Source: Squalus acanthias (Eukaryota). Taken from it: 64,000 nt of DNA. How positions within the stretch are numbered: position 1 is the stretch's first letter; each line of letters starts with the position of its first letter. Of the stretch, positions 50,329 to 60,796 are shown in pieces. Under the pieces are notes generated by a model. That model worked only from the letters and a program-made list of their open reading frames with translations, was not told the DNA's origin and made no database searches. The stretch lies in NCBI GenBank assembly GCA_030390025.1, contig CM059432.1, positions 81,346,001 through 81,410,000 on the forward strand. The letters run 5' to 3'. A program made the position numbers and the translations under genes.

Positions 50329-50539
50329 GAAGCACACAAGCAGTTTCAGCAAGGACTCTGAGCTGAAACTGATTGTTTACTGGGTTAAAAGTTTGCAATC
50401 GCTATACTGTGTGTTTATAACTTCAGAGTAACTCTACATGCACAATCCTTGCACACGTTCAGTTCCCCACTGTTGCCAAATCCTCCTCACAGAAATGGAA
50501 GTAGTTTAGTAATACAGAATCAGTACTAGAAGTAGTCAC

Positions 50540-50545
50540 AATAAA
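50540..50545 (+). promoter_or_regulatory. Candidate polyadenylation signal
   Basis: AATAAA after the putative last exon, in unique DNA. Confidence 0.35.
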
Positions 50546-50618
50546 ATTCTTTAAACTGCCACTTAAATTGATTTTACCATTTCCCCCCAATATTCATCCT
50601 TCCTCTGCTGAAAACAAT

Positions 50619-51382
50619 GGGCCAGAAATCCGGCTCTTGTCGGGTGAGCACACGCTGTGTGCTCACCCGTAAGGCCACCTGAAGTGCCAGTTTCACACAT
50701 GCACTGCACATGCGCGGGAAACCGGAACTTCCGTTCCCCTGAAGGAAGGGGTTCAGAAGTCGAACACGTGCGCGGTAGAGGCAGCGCGCACGCAGCGAAC
50801 TTCGTTTTTTTTTCAGGTTTCTCCGTGAGGGTAAGTATGGAGAAGCTGCACTTTTAAAAAGGAGGCGCAAGGCCTGTTTTTAACAAGGTAAGTGGTTAAT
50901 TAATTACAATTTAAACATTTTTTCAACAGGTTTATCTTTTTTAAATACTTTAAAGAAAGGTAAGTTTATTTTTAGTACCGTTAAAAAGTTTAATTAATTT
51001 TTTCAAAAATTTAAATTTTTGTTTAAAGTAGTTAATTTATGTAACTTATAGCTATTTTAAAAATGTGATGGTTTTTTAAAAATTTATTTGAAGTTTTAGT
51101 GTGGTTTTGGGGCCGATCTGTATTCATAGATTTGACAGGTCTTCCTGTCAAATCTATGAATGAAAATTCCCTGCTAGGATTGGTTCTCCATGGCCCACGT
51201 GATCCCAGGGGACGCTTCGAACTAACTGCGCCCCTGGGATACGCAAGCACTGCGCGCCAGCAGCTGCAGGAGGCCCAGGACTCGAATTCCTTGTGGGCCC
51301 GAAGCACAATGGCAGGCGCGGTAGGTAAGTACGCGCGCGATCCTTGCACCCGCGGGAAGCCGGAGAGCCGAATTTCTGGCCC
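50619..51382. mobile_element. Young Harbinger-type MITE
   Basis: 19-bp TIRs with 1 mismatch (GGGCCAGAAATYCGGCTCT). TSD AAT (50616-50618, 51383-51385). CpG-rich ends, AT-rich centre. Confidence 0.92.
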
Positions 51383-51972
51383 AATGTTACAATTCAGGCT
51401 ACAATTGCATGGGTGCCAGCAGCTCTCTGATATCTTACCCAAGTGACCATTCTTCATGTGTGAACCTAAGCAGTATCAGAAAGCTATTTGACAGTGGGAG
51501 ACATCACAGTAGGCCTAATCCTTATTGTCAACACTTGCACTCTCCAGCAGAGGTCACAGAATAACAACCAGGAACTTTGGCTGAATTTTTTCCCCACCCA
51601 GGTCAAGGAACACCAATGCCAATTAGTGTCCACATCATCACCAGGTCTCAGATCAGATTAGCTCATCAAGTAGTTGATTAAGGTAGAATGCTGCTCAAGC
51701 ACACCAAAGTTGTTTTTCCTCCAGAGGCTGTAAGCCAGGGCACTGGTGAAGAGCAAGACCTTGAAGTCACCTCTACCTCTGGCAACACTGGTGATCACTC
51801 ACTCACTCTCACCCTTGTATACAGCAGCCAGGACATCCACTCAAGGGATTAAAGAGAGTTTAAATGAAAATTTGACACATAGCGCAGAAGAAAGAATGCC
51901 AGAGAGTGCCGATGTGGAAGTGAAGCCTGATGTAATTAAGCAGAGGCATAAGCCACGTCAGCCCTTGGATGA

Positions 51973-53535
51973 TTTTTTAATTTGTTTATGGGATGTGGGC
52001 GTCGCTGACAAGGCCAGCATTTATTGCCCATCCCTAACTGCCCTTGAGAAGTTGGTGGTGAGCCGCCTTCTTGAACTGCTGCAGTCTGTGTGGTGAAGGT
52101 ACTCCCACAGTGCTGTTAGGGAGGGAGTTCCAGGATTTTGACCCAGCGACGATGAAGGATCAGCGATATACTTCTAAGTCAGGATGGTGTGTGACTTGGA
52201 GGGGAACTTGGAGGTGATGGTGTTCCCATGCGCCTGCTGCCCTTGTCCTTCTAGGTGGAAGAGGTCGCGGGTTTGGGAGGTGCCGTCGAAGAAGCCTTGG
52301 CGAGTTGCTGCAGTGCATCTTGTAGATGGTACACACTGCAGCCACGGTGTGCTGCTGGTGGAGGGAGTGAATGTTTAAGGTGGTGGATGGGGTGCCAATC
52401 AAGCGGGCTGCTTTGTCCTAGATGGTGTCGAGTTTCTTGAGTGTTGTTGGAGCTGCACTCATCCAGGCAAGTGGAGAATATTCCATCACACTCCTGACTT
52501 GTGCCTTGTAGATGGGGGAAAGGCTTTGGGGAGTCAGGAGGTGAGATACTCGCCGCAGAATACCTAGCCACTGACCTGCTCTTCTTGCCACAGTATTGAT
52601 GTGGCTGGTCCAGTTAAGTTTCTGGTCAATGGTGACCCCCAGGATGTTGATGGTGGGGAATTCGGCGATGGTAATGCCGTTGAATGTCAAGGGGTGGTGG
52701 TTAGACTCTCTCTTGTTGGAGATAGTCATTGCCTGGCACTTCTGTGGCACGAATGTTACCTGCCACTTATCAGCCCAAGCCTGAACGTCATCCAGGTCTT
52801 GTTGCATGCGGGCATGGACTGCTTCATTATCTGAGGAGTTGTGAATGGCACTGAACACTGTGCAGTCATCAGCGAACATCCCCATTTCTGACCTTATGTT
52901 GGAGGGAAGATCATTGATGAAGCAGCTGAAGATGGTTGGGCCTAGGACACTGCCCTGAGGAACACCTGCAGCGATGTCCTGGGGCTGTGATGATTGACCT
53001 TCAACCACCGCAACCATCTTCCTTTGTGCTAGGTATGACTCCAGCCAGTGGAGAGTTTTCCCCCCGATTCCCATTGACTTCAGTTTAGGCTCCTTGATGC
53101 CACACTCAGTCAAATGCTGCCTTGATGTCAAGGGCAGTCACTCTCACCTCACCTCTGGAATTCAGCTCCTTTGTCCATGTTTGGACCAAGGGAGCCGAGT
53201 GGTCTTTGCAGAAGCCAAACTGGGCATCAGTGAGCAGGTTATTGGTGAGTAAGTGCTGCTTGATAGCACTGTCGACGACACCTTCCATCACTTTGCTGAT
53301 GGTTGAGAGTAGACTGATGGGGCGGTAATTGGCTGGATTGGATTTGTCCTGCTTTTTGTGGACAGGACAAACCTGGGCAGTTTTCCACATTGTTGGATAG
53401 ATGCCAGTTTTGTAGCTGTACTGGAACAGCTTGGCTAGAGGCGCGGCTAGTTCTGGAGCACAAGTCTTCAGCACGATAGCCGGGATGTGGTCGGGGCCCA
53501 TAGCCTTTGCTGTATCCAGTGTGCTCAGCCGTTGC
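51973..53535 (-). mobile_element. 5'-truncated Zenon-like LINE
   Basis: [33 protein letters not shown]. Family tail at ~51973-52050. Confidence 0.9.
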
Positions 53536-54194
53536 ATGATGATCTCACAGGCCCTGCCATGAAGAGTAGGATGCAAGCAGAGCTTCAAACACATAAGGAG
53601 GTTCTCCACAGGTTCTCCTGAGATGTGTGGCAAATGGCTCGGATAGTGGTGAGTCCACAGCTCTGCTGTGCGCCTACATCCAAGAGGGGTTCAACCCATT
53701 GCAGGGCAGCCTGGAGAAAGTGGCACTCCAGGAGATAACTGCAGCAACAAGACATCAGAATGAAATACTAAAGACATTGGTCACTTACAAGTGGCAGCTA
53801 CTACTGCCTCAATAGGTGCCTTGAGATTCACTCTTAAGAGGACACTTTCACAGGCTTCTCACACTGACCAATAGCACCTCTGAACCTGTTCTCAGCACCA
53901 GCGGGCTACAAGGAGTAGCAACAGATGTCACTGTGTCACTACCTCCTTTCAATGACAGCACACAAAGCAGCTTCAGACTTCGGTCTGGCACCTCATGATA
54001 TTGCAAGAGAAAGACTACTGGAAGCAGGACCCTCAAGGACAGCAGCTTTATTGAGATGCGAGTCACATCAGTCCTCAAAGGTCCCAGGGAAATCTTTCCA
54101 GCCGCCCACTTCTCGATCTTGTATCACTTGGGGGAGCACCTCTTTGAAGTAGGAGGCTAGGAGCTAGAGCAGGTAAGTTAGCTGGCACAATGGA

Positions 54195-56770
54195 TAGAAT
54201 ATACAGCACAGAAACAGGCCATTCGGCCCAACCAGTTCATTCCGGCATTTATGTTCCACTCAATCCTCCTCCCATCCTTCCTCATATAACTGTATCAGTA
54301 TAACCTTCTATTCCATTCTCCCTCATATGCTTATCTAGTTTCCCCTTAAATGCATCTATACTATTTGCCTCAACTACATCCTGTGGTAGCGAGTTCCACA
54401 TTCTCACCACTCTCTGGGTAAAGAAGTTTATGGCCTCTCTCTCTACTCTATCAAAACCGTTCAGAATTTTAAAGACCTCTATTAGGTCACCCCTCAGCCT
54501 TCTCTTTTCAAGAGAAAAGAGACCCAGCCTGCTCATCCTTTCCTGACAGGTATAACTTCACAGTTCTGGTATCATCCTTGTAAATCTTTTTTGCACACAC
54601 TCCAGTGCTTCTATATCCTTTTTATAATATGGCGACCAGAACTGTACACAGTACTCCAAGTGTGGTCTAACCAAGGTTCGATACAAGTCTAGCATAAATT
54701 ATCTACTTTTCAATTCTATCCCTCTAGAAATAAACCCTAGTGCTTGGTTTGCTTTTGTTATGGCCTTATTGACCTGCATGATTTGTGTATTTGTACTCTC
54801 AGATCCCTTTGCTCCTCTACCCCATCAACATTGGCACTGGCACTGGAAAACTGCCCAGGTATGTCCTGTCCACAAAAAACAGAACATACCCAATCCGGCC
54901 AATTACAGCCCCATCAGTCTACTCTCAATCATCAGCAAAGTGATGGAAGGTGTCATCGACATTGCTATCAAGCGGCACTTGCTCACCAATAACCTGCTCA
55001 CTGATGTCCAGTTTGGATTCTGCCAGGACCACTCAGCTCCCAACCTCATTACAGCCTTGGTCCAAACGTGGACAAAAGAGCTGAATTCCAGAGGTGAGGT
55101 GAAAGTGACTGCCCTAGACATCAAGGCAGCATTTGACCGAGTGTGGCATCAAGGAGCCCTAGTAAAACTGAAGTCAATGGGAATCGGGGGGAAAACTCTC
55201 CACTGGCTGGAGTCATACCTAGCAAAAGGAAGATGGTTGTGGTGGTTGGAGGTCAATGATCTCAGCCCCAGGACATCGCTGCAGGAGTTCCTCAGGGCAG
55301 TGTCCTAGGCCCACCCATCTTCAGCTGCTTCATCAATGACCTTCCCTCCAACATAAGGTCAGAAATGGGGATGTTCGCTGATGACTGCACAGTGTTCAAT
55401 GCCATTCACAACTCCTCAGATAATGAAGCAGTCTATGCCCGCATGCAACAAGCCCTGGACGACATTCAGGCTTGGGCTGATAAGTGGCAAGTAACATTCG
55501 CACCACAGAAGTGCCAGGCAGTGAATATCTCCAACAAGCGAGAATCTAACCACCGCCCTTTGACATTCAACGGCATTACCATCGCAGAATCCCCCACCAT
55601 CAACATCCTGGGGGTCACCATTGACCAGAAACTTAACTGGACCAACCACATAAATACTGTGGCAAGAAGAGCAGGTCAGAGGCTGGGTATTCTGCAGTGA
55701 GTATCTCACCTCCTGACTCCTCAAAGCCTTTCCACCATCTACAAGGCACAAGTAAGGAGTGTGATGGAATACTCTCCACTTGCCTGGATGAGTGCAGCTC
55801 CAACAACACTCAAGAAGCTCAACAGCATCCAGGACAAAGAAGCCCGCTTGATTGGCACCCCATCCACCACCTTTAAACATTCACTCCCTCCACCACCGGC
55901 ATACCGTAGCTGCAGTGTGTACCATCTATAAGATGCACTGCAGCAACTCGCCAAGGCTTCTTCGGCAGCACCTCCCAAACCTCTACCACCTAGAAGGACA
56001 AGGGCAGCAGATGCCTGGAAACACCACCACCTCCAAGTTCCCCTCCAAGTCACACACCATCCTGGCTTGGAAGTATATCGCCGTTCCTTCATCGTCGCTG
56101 GTTGAAAATCCTGAAACTCCCTCCCTAACAGCACTGTGGGAGTACCTTCACCACATGGACTACAGCGGTTCAAGAAGGTGGCTCAAGGGCAACTAGCGAT
56201 GTGTAATAACTGCTGGCCTTGCCAGCGACGCCCACATCCCATGAATGAATTTAAAAAATTCTTATTTTCCAAGTAATATGTGACCTCCTTATTTTTCTTG
56301 CTCACACTAATCTAAATTCATTTGCCAATTATATGCCTATTCTGCAAGTTTATTAATGTCTTGTAATTTGTTGTAGTCCTCCTCAGTGTTGACTATCCCT
56401 TCCAATTTGGTGTTGTCTGCAAATTTAAAAATTGTGTTTTTGATTCCAAAGTCTAAATTGTTAATATAAATTGTGAACAACAGTGGTCCCAGCACTGATC
56501 CTTGTGGGACCCCACTTCTCACCTTCTGCCGCTCTGAATAGCTACCCTTTACCTCTACTCGCTACTTTCTGGCTTGCAGCCAGCTAGCTGTCCATTCTGC
56601 TACTTGTCCCCTGACTCCGCATGCTCTGACCTTATTCATTAGTCTATTATGTGGTACCTTATCGAAGGTTTTGGAAATCTAGATATATTACATTTGCTAC
56701 ATTACCCCTGTCTCCTTTCTCTGTTACCTCTTCAAAGAATTCAATGAGGTTGGTCAAGCAAGATGTTCCC
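54195..56770 (-). mobile_element. CR1 fragment split by a Zenon-like LINE
   Basis: 3' end at ~54195-54825. RT ([16 protein letters not shown]) at 56259-56770. Confidence 0.85.
54826..56258 (+). mobile_element. 5'-truncated Zenon-like LINE
   Basis: WKTAQVCPVHKK..ALDIKAAFDRVWH..FADD. Tail CCCACATCCCATGAATGAATTTAAAAAA. Confidence 0.9.
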
Positions 56771-57149
56771 TTGCTTGAAGGGTATGAAGCAGATATAGTG
56801 AATTTTTTAAATTACCGAACCACTTGGAGCTTATTATACTGGAAAGTAAAAATGGATTGACCATAGACTTCAGAATTAATTTTTCTGGGTGTATGCAACT
56901 TAGTTAACTGAGTTGATGAAATGTGAGATTTGCATTATTGAGGTATGGTGCAGATGTCTTTGATAATGCCGATTTTAATGAGGTAATTGGGGGTTAGGAG
57001 GAAACTAGCCATGTGGGAAGGATTTTTTATTTGTCTTCTCAATGTTTTAATATTGAAAGCAATTAGCAATAAATTGCTGCCTCCTTTCTCCAGCTGCATA
57101 CTGATTGATCTGTTGCTCTCTCTCCTCTCCCTCCTGTGCTTTGTTTGCA

Positions 57150-59670
57150 TTTTTATGGCATTATTAACCTGTGTTGCTACTTTTAATGATTTGTGAATCT
57201 GTGCACCTAGATCCTTAGCTCCTCTAGCCCATTTAGACTCTCAGGGCATAAAATTAGATAAAGCTGGAAAACCAGCACGGGCACCGTGATGCGAGATATG
57301 CCCACGCCCGTTCAAAAAGTGCAGGCAGCACGTCAATTTTGTGCTGCCTGCTAATTACCATGATAGTAGCGTACAGCCTGGTGTGGAATGCGTTGCTGAC
57401 AAGCTGTGCGCTCAGCAGGGGGCTGAATTTCGCGTCGCTGGCATGAGGCTAGCTTTACTTAAAGCTAGCATGCCCCTCTTCAAGGCAATCTGCAGCTCTT
57501 AAAGCTTAGCTGCCTTCTGCAGATAATGTTTTTTAAATTCCTTCAGCACTAGGCAGTCCGCACCTCTTAAAGGTGAGCTACCTTCTGCTGATTAAAAATG
57601 CTAAAGGTGCTTCAGCACTAACACAAATGGCACCCAGAGTCTCGCATGCAGCACTCCAGCTTTGTGTCAACACTGCAAGAGAGGTCCTTTACCCACAGGG
57701 GCCAGGAGGCCCCCCAGAAAGAACGATGTGGGACTAGATCACCAAAGCCGTCACAGCCAGCAGCGTCACCCTCCAGGACCTGGCTCCAGTGCCCAAAGAA
57801 GTTTCATGACCTCAGACCAGTGGTCAAGGTCAGTGAATGCATCATCAAAAACTGTCTCCTACCAAATGCACCACTAGCCTCACACACTGCGCAATGCATG
57901 ACCCCACCGCCCCCCACCAATCACTCACCTACCAACAATCTCTACCAAACACGAGGCACACCTCACATTCCTAGATTCACCTCACCCCCTTGGAGGAGAC
58001 GGTGCTGGCCATTCTTGGCAGCGGCATGGTTGAGTCCTTGGCCAGCGGCGGAGCTGAAAGAATACAAGATGCCGGTATCCTCATACGTTATCCTCCTTCT
58101 CACATCCCACTTCCCCTTCATCCCACAATCTCTTCTGATTTACAAGCTGCACATGGTGTAAGCATGCACCTCTTACTTTGACCCCCTCCCCTCACTACAA
58201 CCCTACCCTTGTGCCCTCCTCATTTCAGACACTCAAGAAATCTAGCCTGCTCAGCCAGTGGTCGACCAAGAAGAGGGAGAGGACAGTGAAGTAGAAGAAG
58301 AAACACCATCACTCGATCTCACACTCCCAGCCACCAGCTCCCTTGAGGTTGTCCTGCAAGGCCATCCGCAGTGTCCCCCACTGAAAGTCAGCAGCCTTCC
58401 ACCATCCATGCTACAGTCACTGGGGTAGCACTGTGTAACAGCACTAGGATAGGCAAAGCCACACGCCAGACAGGCACTAAGGGAATGCTCAAGGGTCACC
58501 AGTTGATTTTTTGATGTAATACTGGCTGCATATATGGATAAAGTTGGATTGGAAAGTTTGGTTTGTGGTGGCTTTTATTTCAGCATTGTGGCCAAGACGA
58601 CACTGTGATGGTCAGTAACAGAGGGAAGGTAAGGTGTGGGACAAATGTTGAAAGGGGAATTGGGGTTGCGTTCACTGGTACTGCAGGCAGATGATTTGAT
58701 CCCGGATATCGTTGCCAGAAAGGGGCTGTCTGGGTTGCCTCCTTCCTTCTGCTTTTTCCTCTTCTGCTTCCTCCTCTTCTGCTTCTTCCTCCCTCTGCTG
58801 CCTCTGCTCCATCTCCATGTCATGCTGCAGCCCAAGGTTGACTGCAACTAGAGCCCCCAGGACTGGGAGCAAGTGGTGTTCTCAGAGGCCTTCCTTTAAG
58901 AGCAAAAGCCTTGCAAACATCCAGCAGCGCTCCCTGCACTCCCTGCACACATTAACAACTTTTAAATGTATTGCACCAAGCCACTAAAATGTAAAGAAAC
59001 CAGTCCAAAAGCAAAAATCTAAAGTTACCTGAAAGTTGTGTGTATCCCTTTAAGAAGCGCTGGCAGCATCTCCGTTGTATTGCTGCATGCACGTTCTTCC
59101 ATGCGTGGTTTGGCGTGGGCATTATTAAGAGCGGTGACGTCCAAAATCGCAGATCGTGCGTCATTTCAGGCGTTGCACGCCGATTGATGTCACAACCTGG
59201 ATCATTTAAATATGGGAAGTGAGCGCAGACAACGGCAGCGCTGCTGACTTGCCCAAAATGGTGGCCGCCGCGTTCTGCGCCGGAAGTGGGCGATAGCGAG
59301 GCGGCTGCTATATTTTCTTCCAAGCCTGCCTTAACAGCCAGCGCTAAAGACTCCAATATCACGGCTTTATTTTCGAAGGAGTAGGTTGTCTCCTTATTCT
59401 TCCTACCAAATGCACTTATCTATATTGAAATTCATTTGCCATTTACATGCTCATTCTACAAGTTTATTAACGTCTTCCTTTATTTTGTCGCAGTCTTCCT
59501 CAGCATTAACTGTGCTCCCCAATTTGGTTTCATCCACAAATTTTGAAATGTACTTCTGATTCCCGAGTCCAAATCATTTATGGAAATAGTGAACAACAGT
59601 GGCCCCAGCACCAATGCTGTTGAATGCCACTTCCCACCTTCCACCAGTCTGAGTAAATACCTTTAACACT
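57150..59670 (-). mobile_element. CR1 fragment split by a Harbinger
   Basis: Host reads through on - as CTCCTTCGAAAA[TAA]GAGTCTAAATGGG across the 57244-59366 insertion. Confidence 0.75.
57244..59366. mobile_element. Internally deleted Harbinger (Myb remnants on +, fused transposase N- and C-termini on -)
   Basis: Ends GGGCATAAAATT and rc AGCCGTGATATT. Flanks TCA/TTA. Myb RTWLQCPKKFHDL..VVK then GT. Minus GALVAVNLGLQ..EEEAEEEE..IRDQIICLQYQ*. Confidence 0.85.
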
Positions 59671-60015
59671 ATTCTGCTATTCTTACCACCATTTATATAG
59701 TGGTGGTGTTTCCTATAATCGGTTTAGGGGTGCTAATTGCTGGAAATTGCGAGGACAGCTTGGCCATGCCCATTCACATCCATTTACATGTAGCAGGGTG
59801 GACTCGGGATGGATGACAACAGCGACTGGTGGGTTATATGGTCAAAATATAGTGATGATTTGTTTGAGGCAAGATTGTGGCAGTAAGTCCCACCACCCCA
59901 TTGTACTCTCCTTGCCAACTCAAAATTGCCTCCGGAGGATGCAGCCCTTGCATTCTACTGTTCTGGCAATATACCCCAGCATTCTATTTAATGTTTTAAT
60001 TGCTTCACAATTCCA

Positions 60016-60795
60016 GGACCTAGAAATTCGGGGATTTAGCACTGGCCTGTTAAGGCCCATTTTGAAGGAAAAATGGTGGCCTCCTCGCTTCTGCCCACTT
60101 CTGGCAGGTTGTGCGGCGGCCGACATTTTGGGCAGGTCGGCAGCGTGCCAATGCATGCGCTCGCTGCAAATATTTAGATTAGGCAGATCGTGACATCAGT
60201 GAGTGTGCAACGCTCACTTGATGCCCGATCTGCCATTTTCGCAGTCGCCGCTCCACTTACCGGCCTGTGTCAATCATGACCAGCTGACCAAGCATTTAGT
60301 AGCAGGAAGAAGCCTCCAGCAGCGCTATTTAAAGGCATCATCAACAACAACATGCAGCTGACATGATTTTTCAGTTTTACTGGCTCTGTGTAACTTTCCA
60401 CAACTCTTGCAGTTTTCTAATCTTGTTTCAAGTTCCTAAGGTTACAGGGAGTCTTGGTGCAATGTGAGAATGCCTTCATTCTCATTTAAAGGCTCCTGCT
60501 CATAACACTTGCTCACAGTCATGGCGGCTCTAGTTGCAGTCCCCCTCACACTCGAGTATCTTCGGGAGAGGGAGCGGAGGCAGCAAAGAAGAGGAGAAGA
60601 TGCGCGCAGAGGGACGAAGAGGAGGAGGGCCAGGAGGGCTCTCAACTGGAGGCCTTCTCCACCTAGGATCTTCCGAGAGCACTTCTCCTACCTGCACTTA
60701 AGCCAGGAGCAGTGTATTAGGAAGCTCCGCTTCACAAAGGAGGTGGTCACAGAACTCTCCCACCTCCTACAACCAGACCTTCAACGTCATAGCAT
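60016..60795 (+). mobile_element. Harbinger left end with transposase N-terminus, truncated by CR1
   Basis: End GGACCTAGAAATTCG. ORF MAALVAVPL..RPSPPRIFREHFSYLHLSQEQCIRKLRFTKEVVTELSHLLQPDLQ. Confidence 0.82.
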
Positions 60796-60796
60796 A

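Noticed and set aside
53545..54180. Non-LINE stretch with short ORFs, possibly a Harbinger Myb-gene 3' remnant or an exon
   Set aside because: No recognisable motif, TIR or consistent splice sites.
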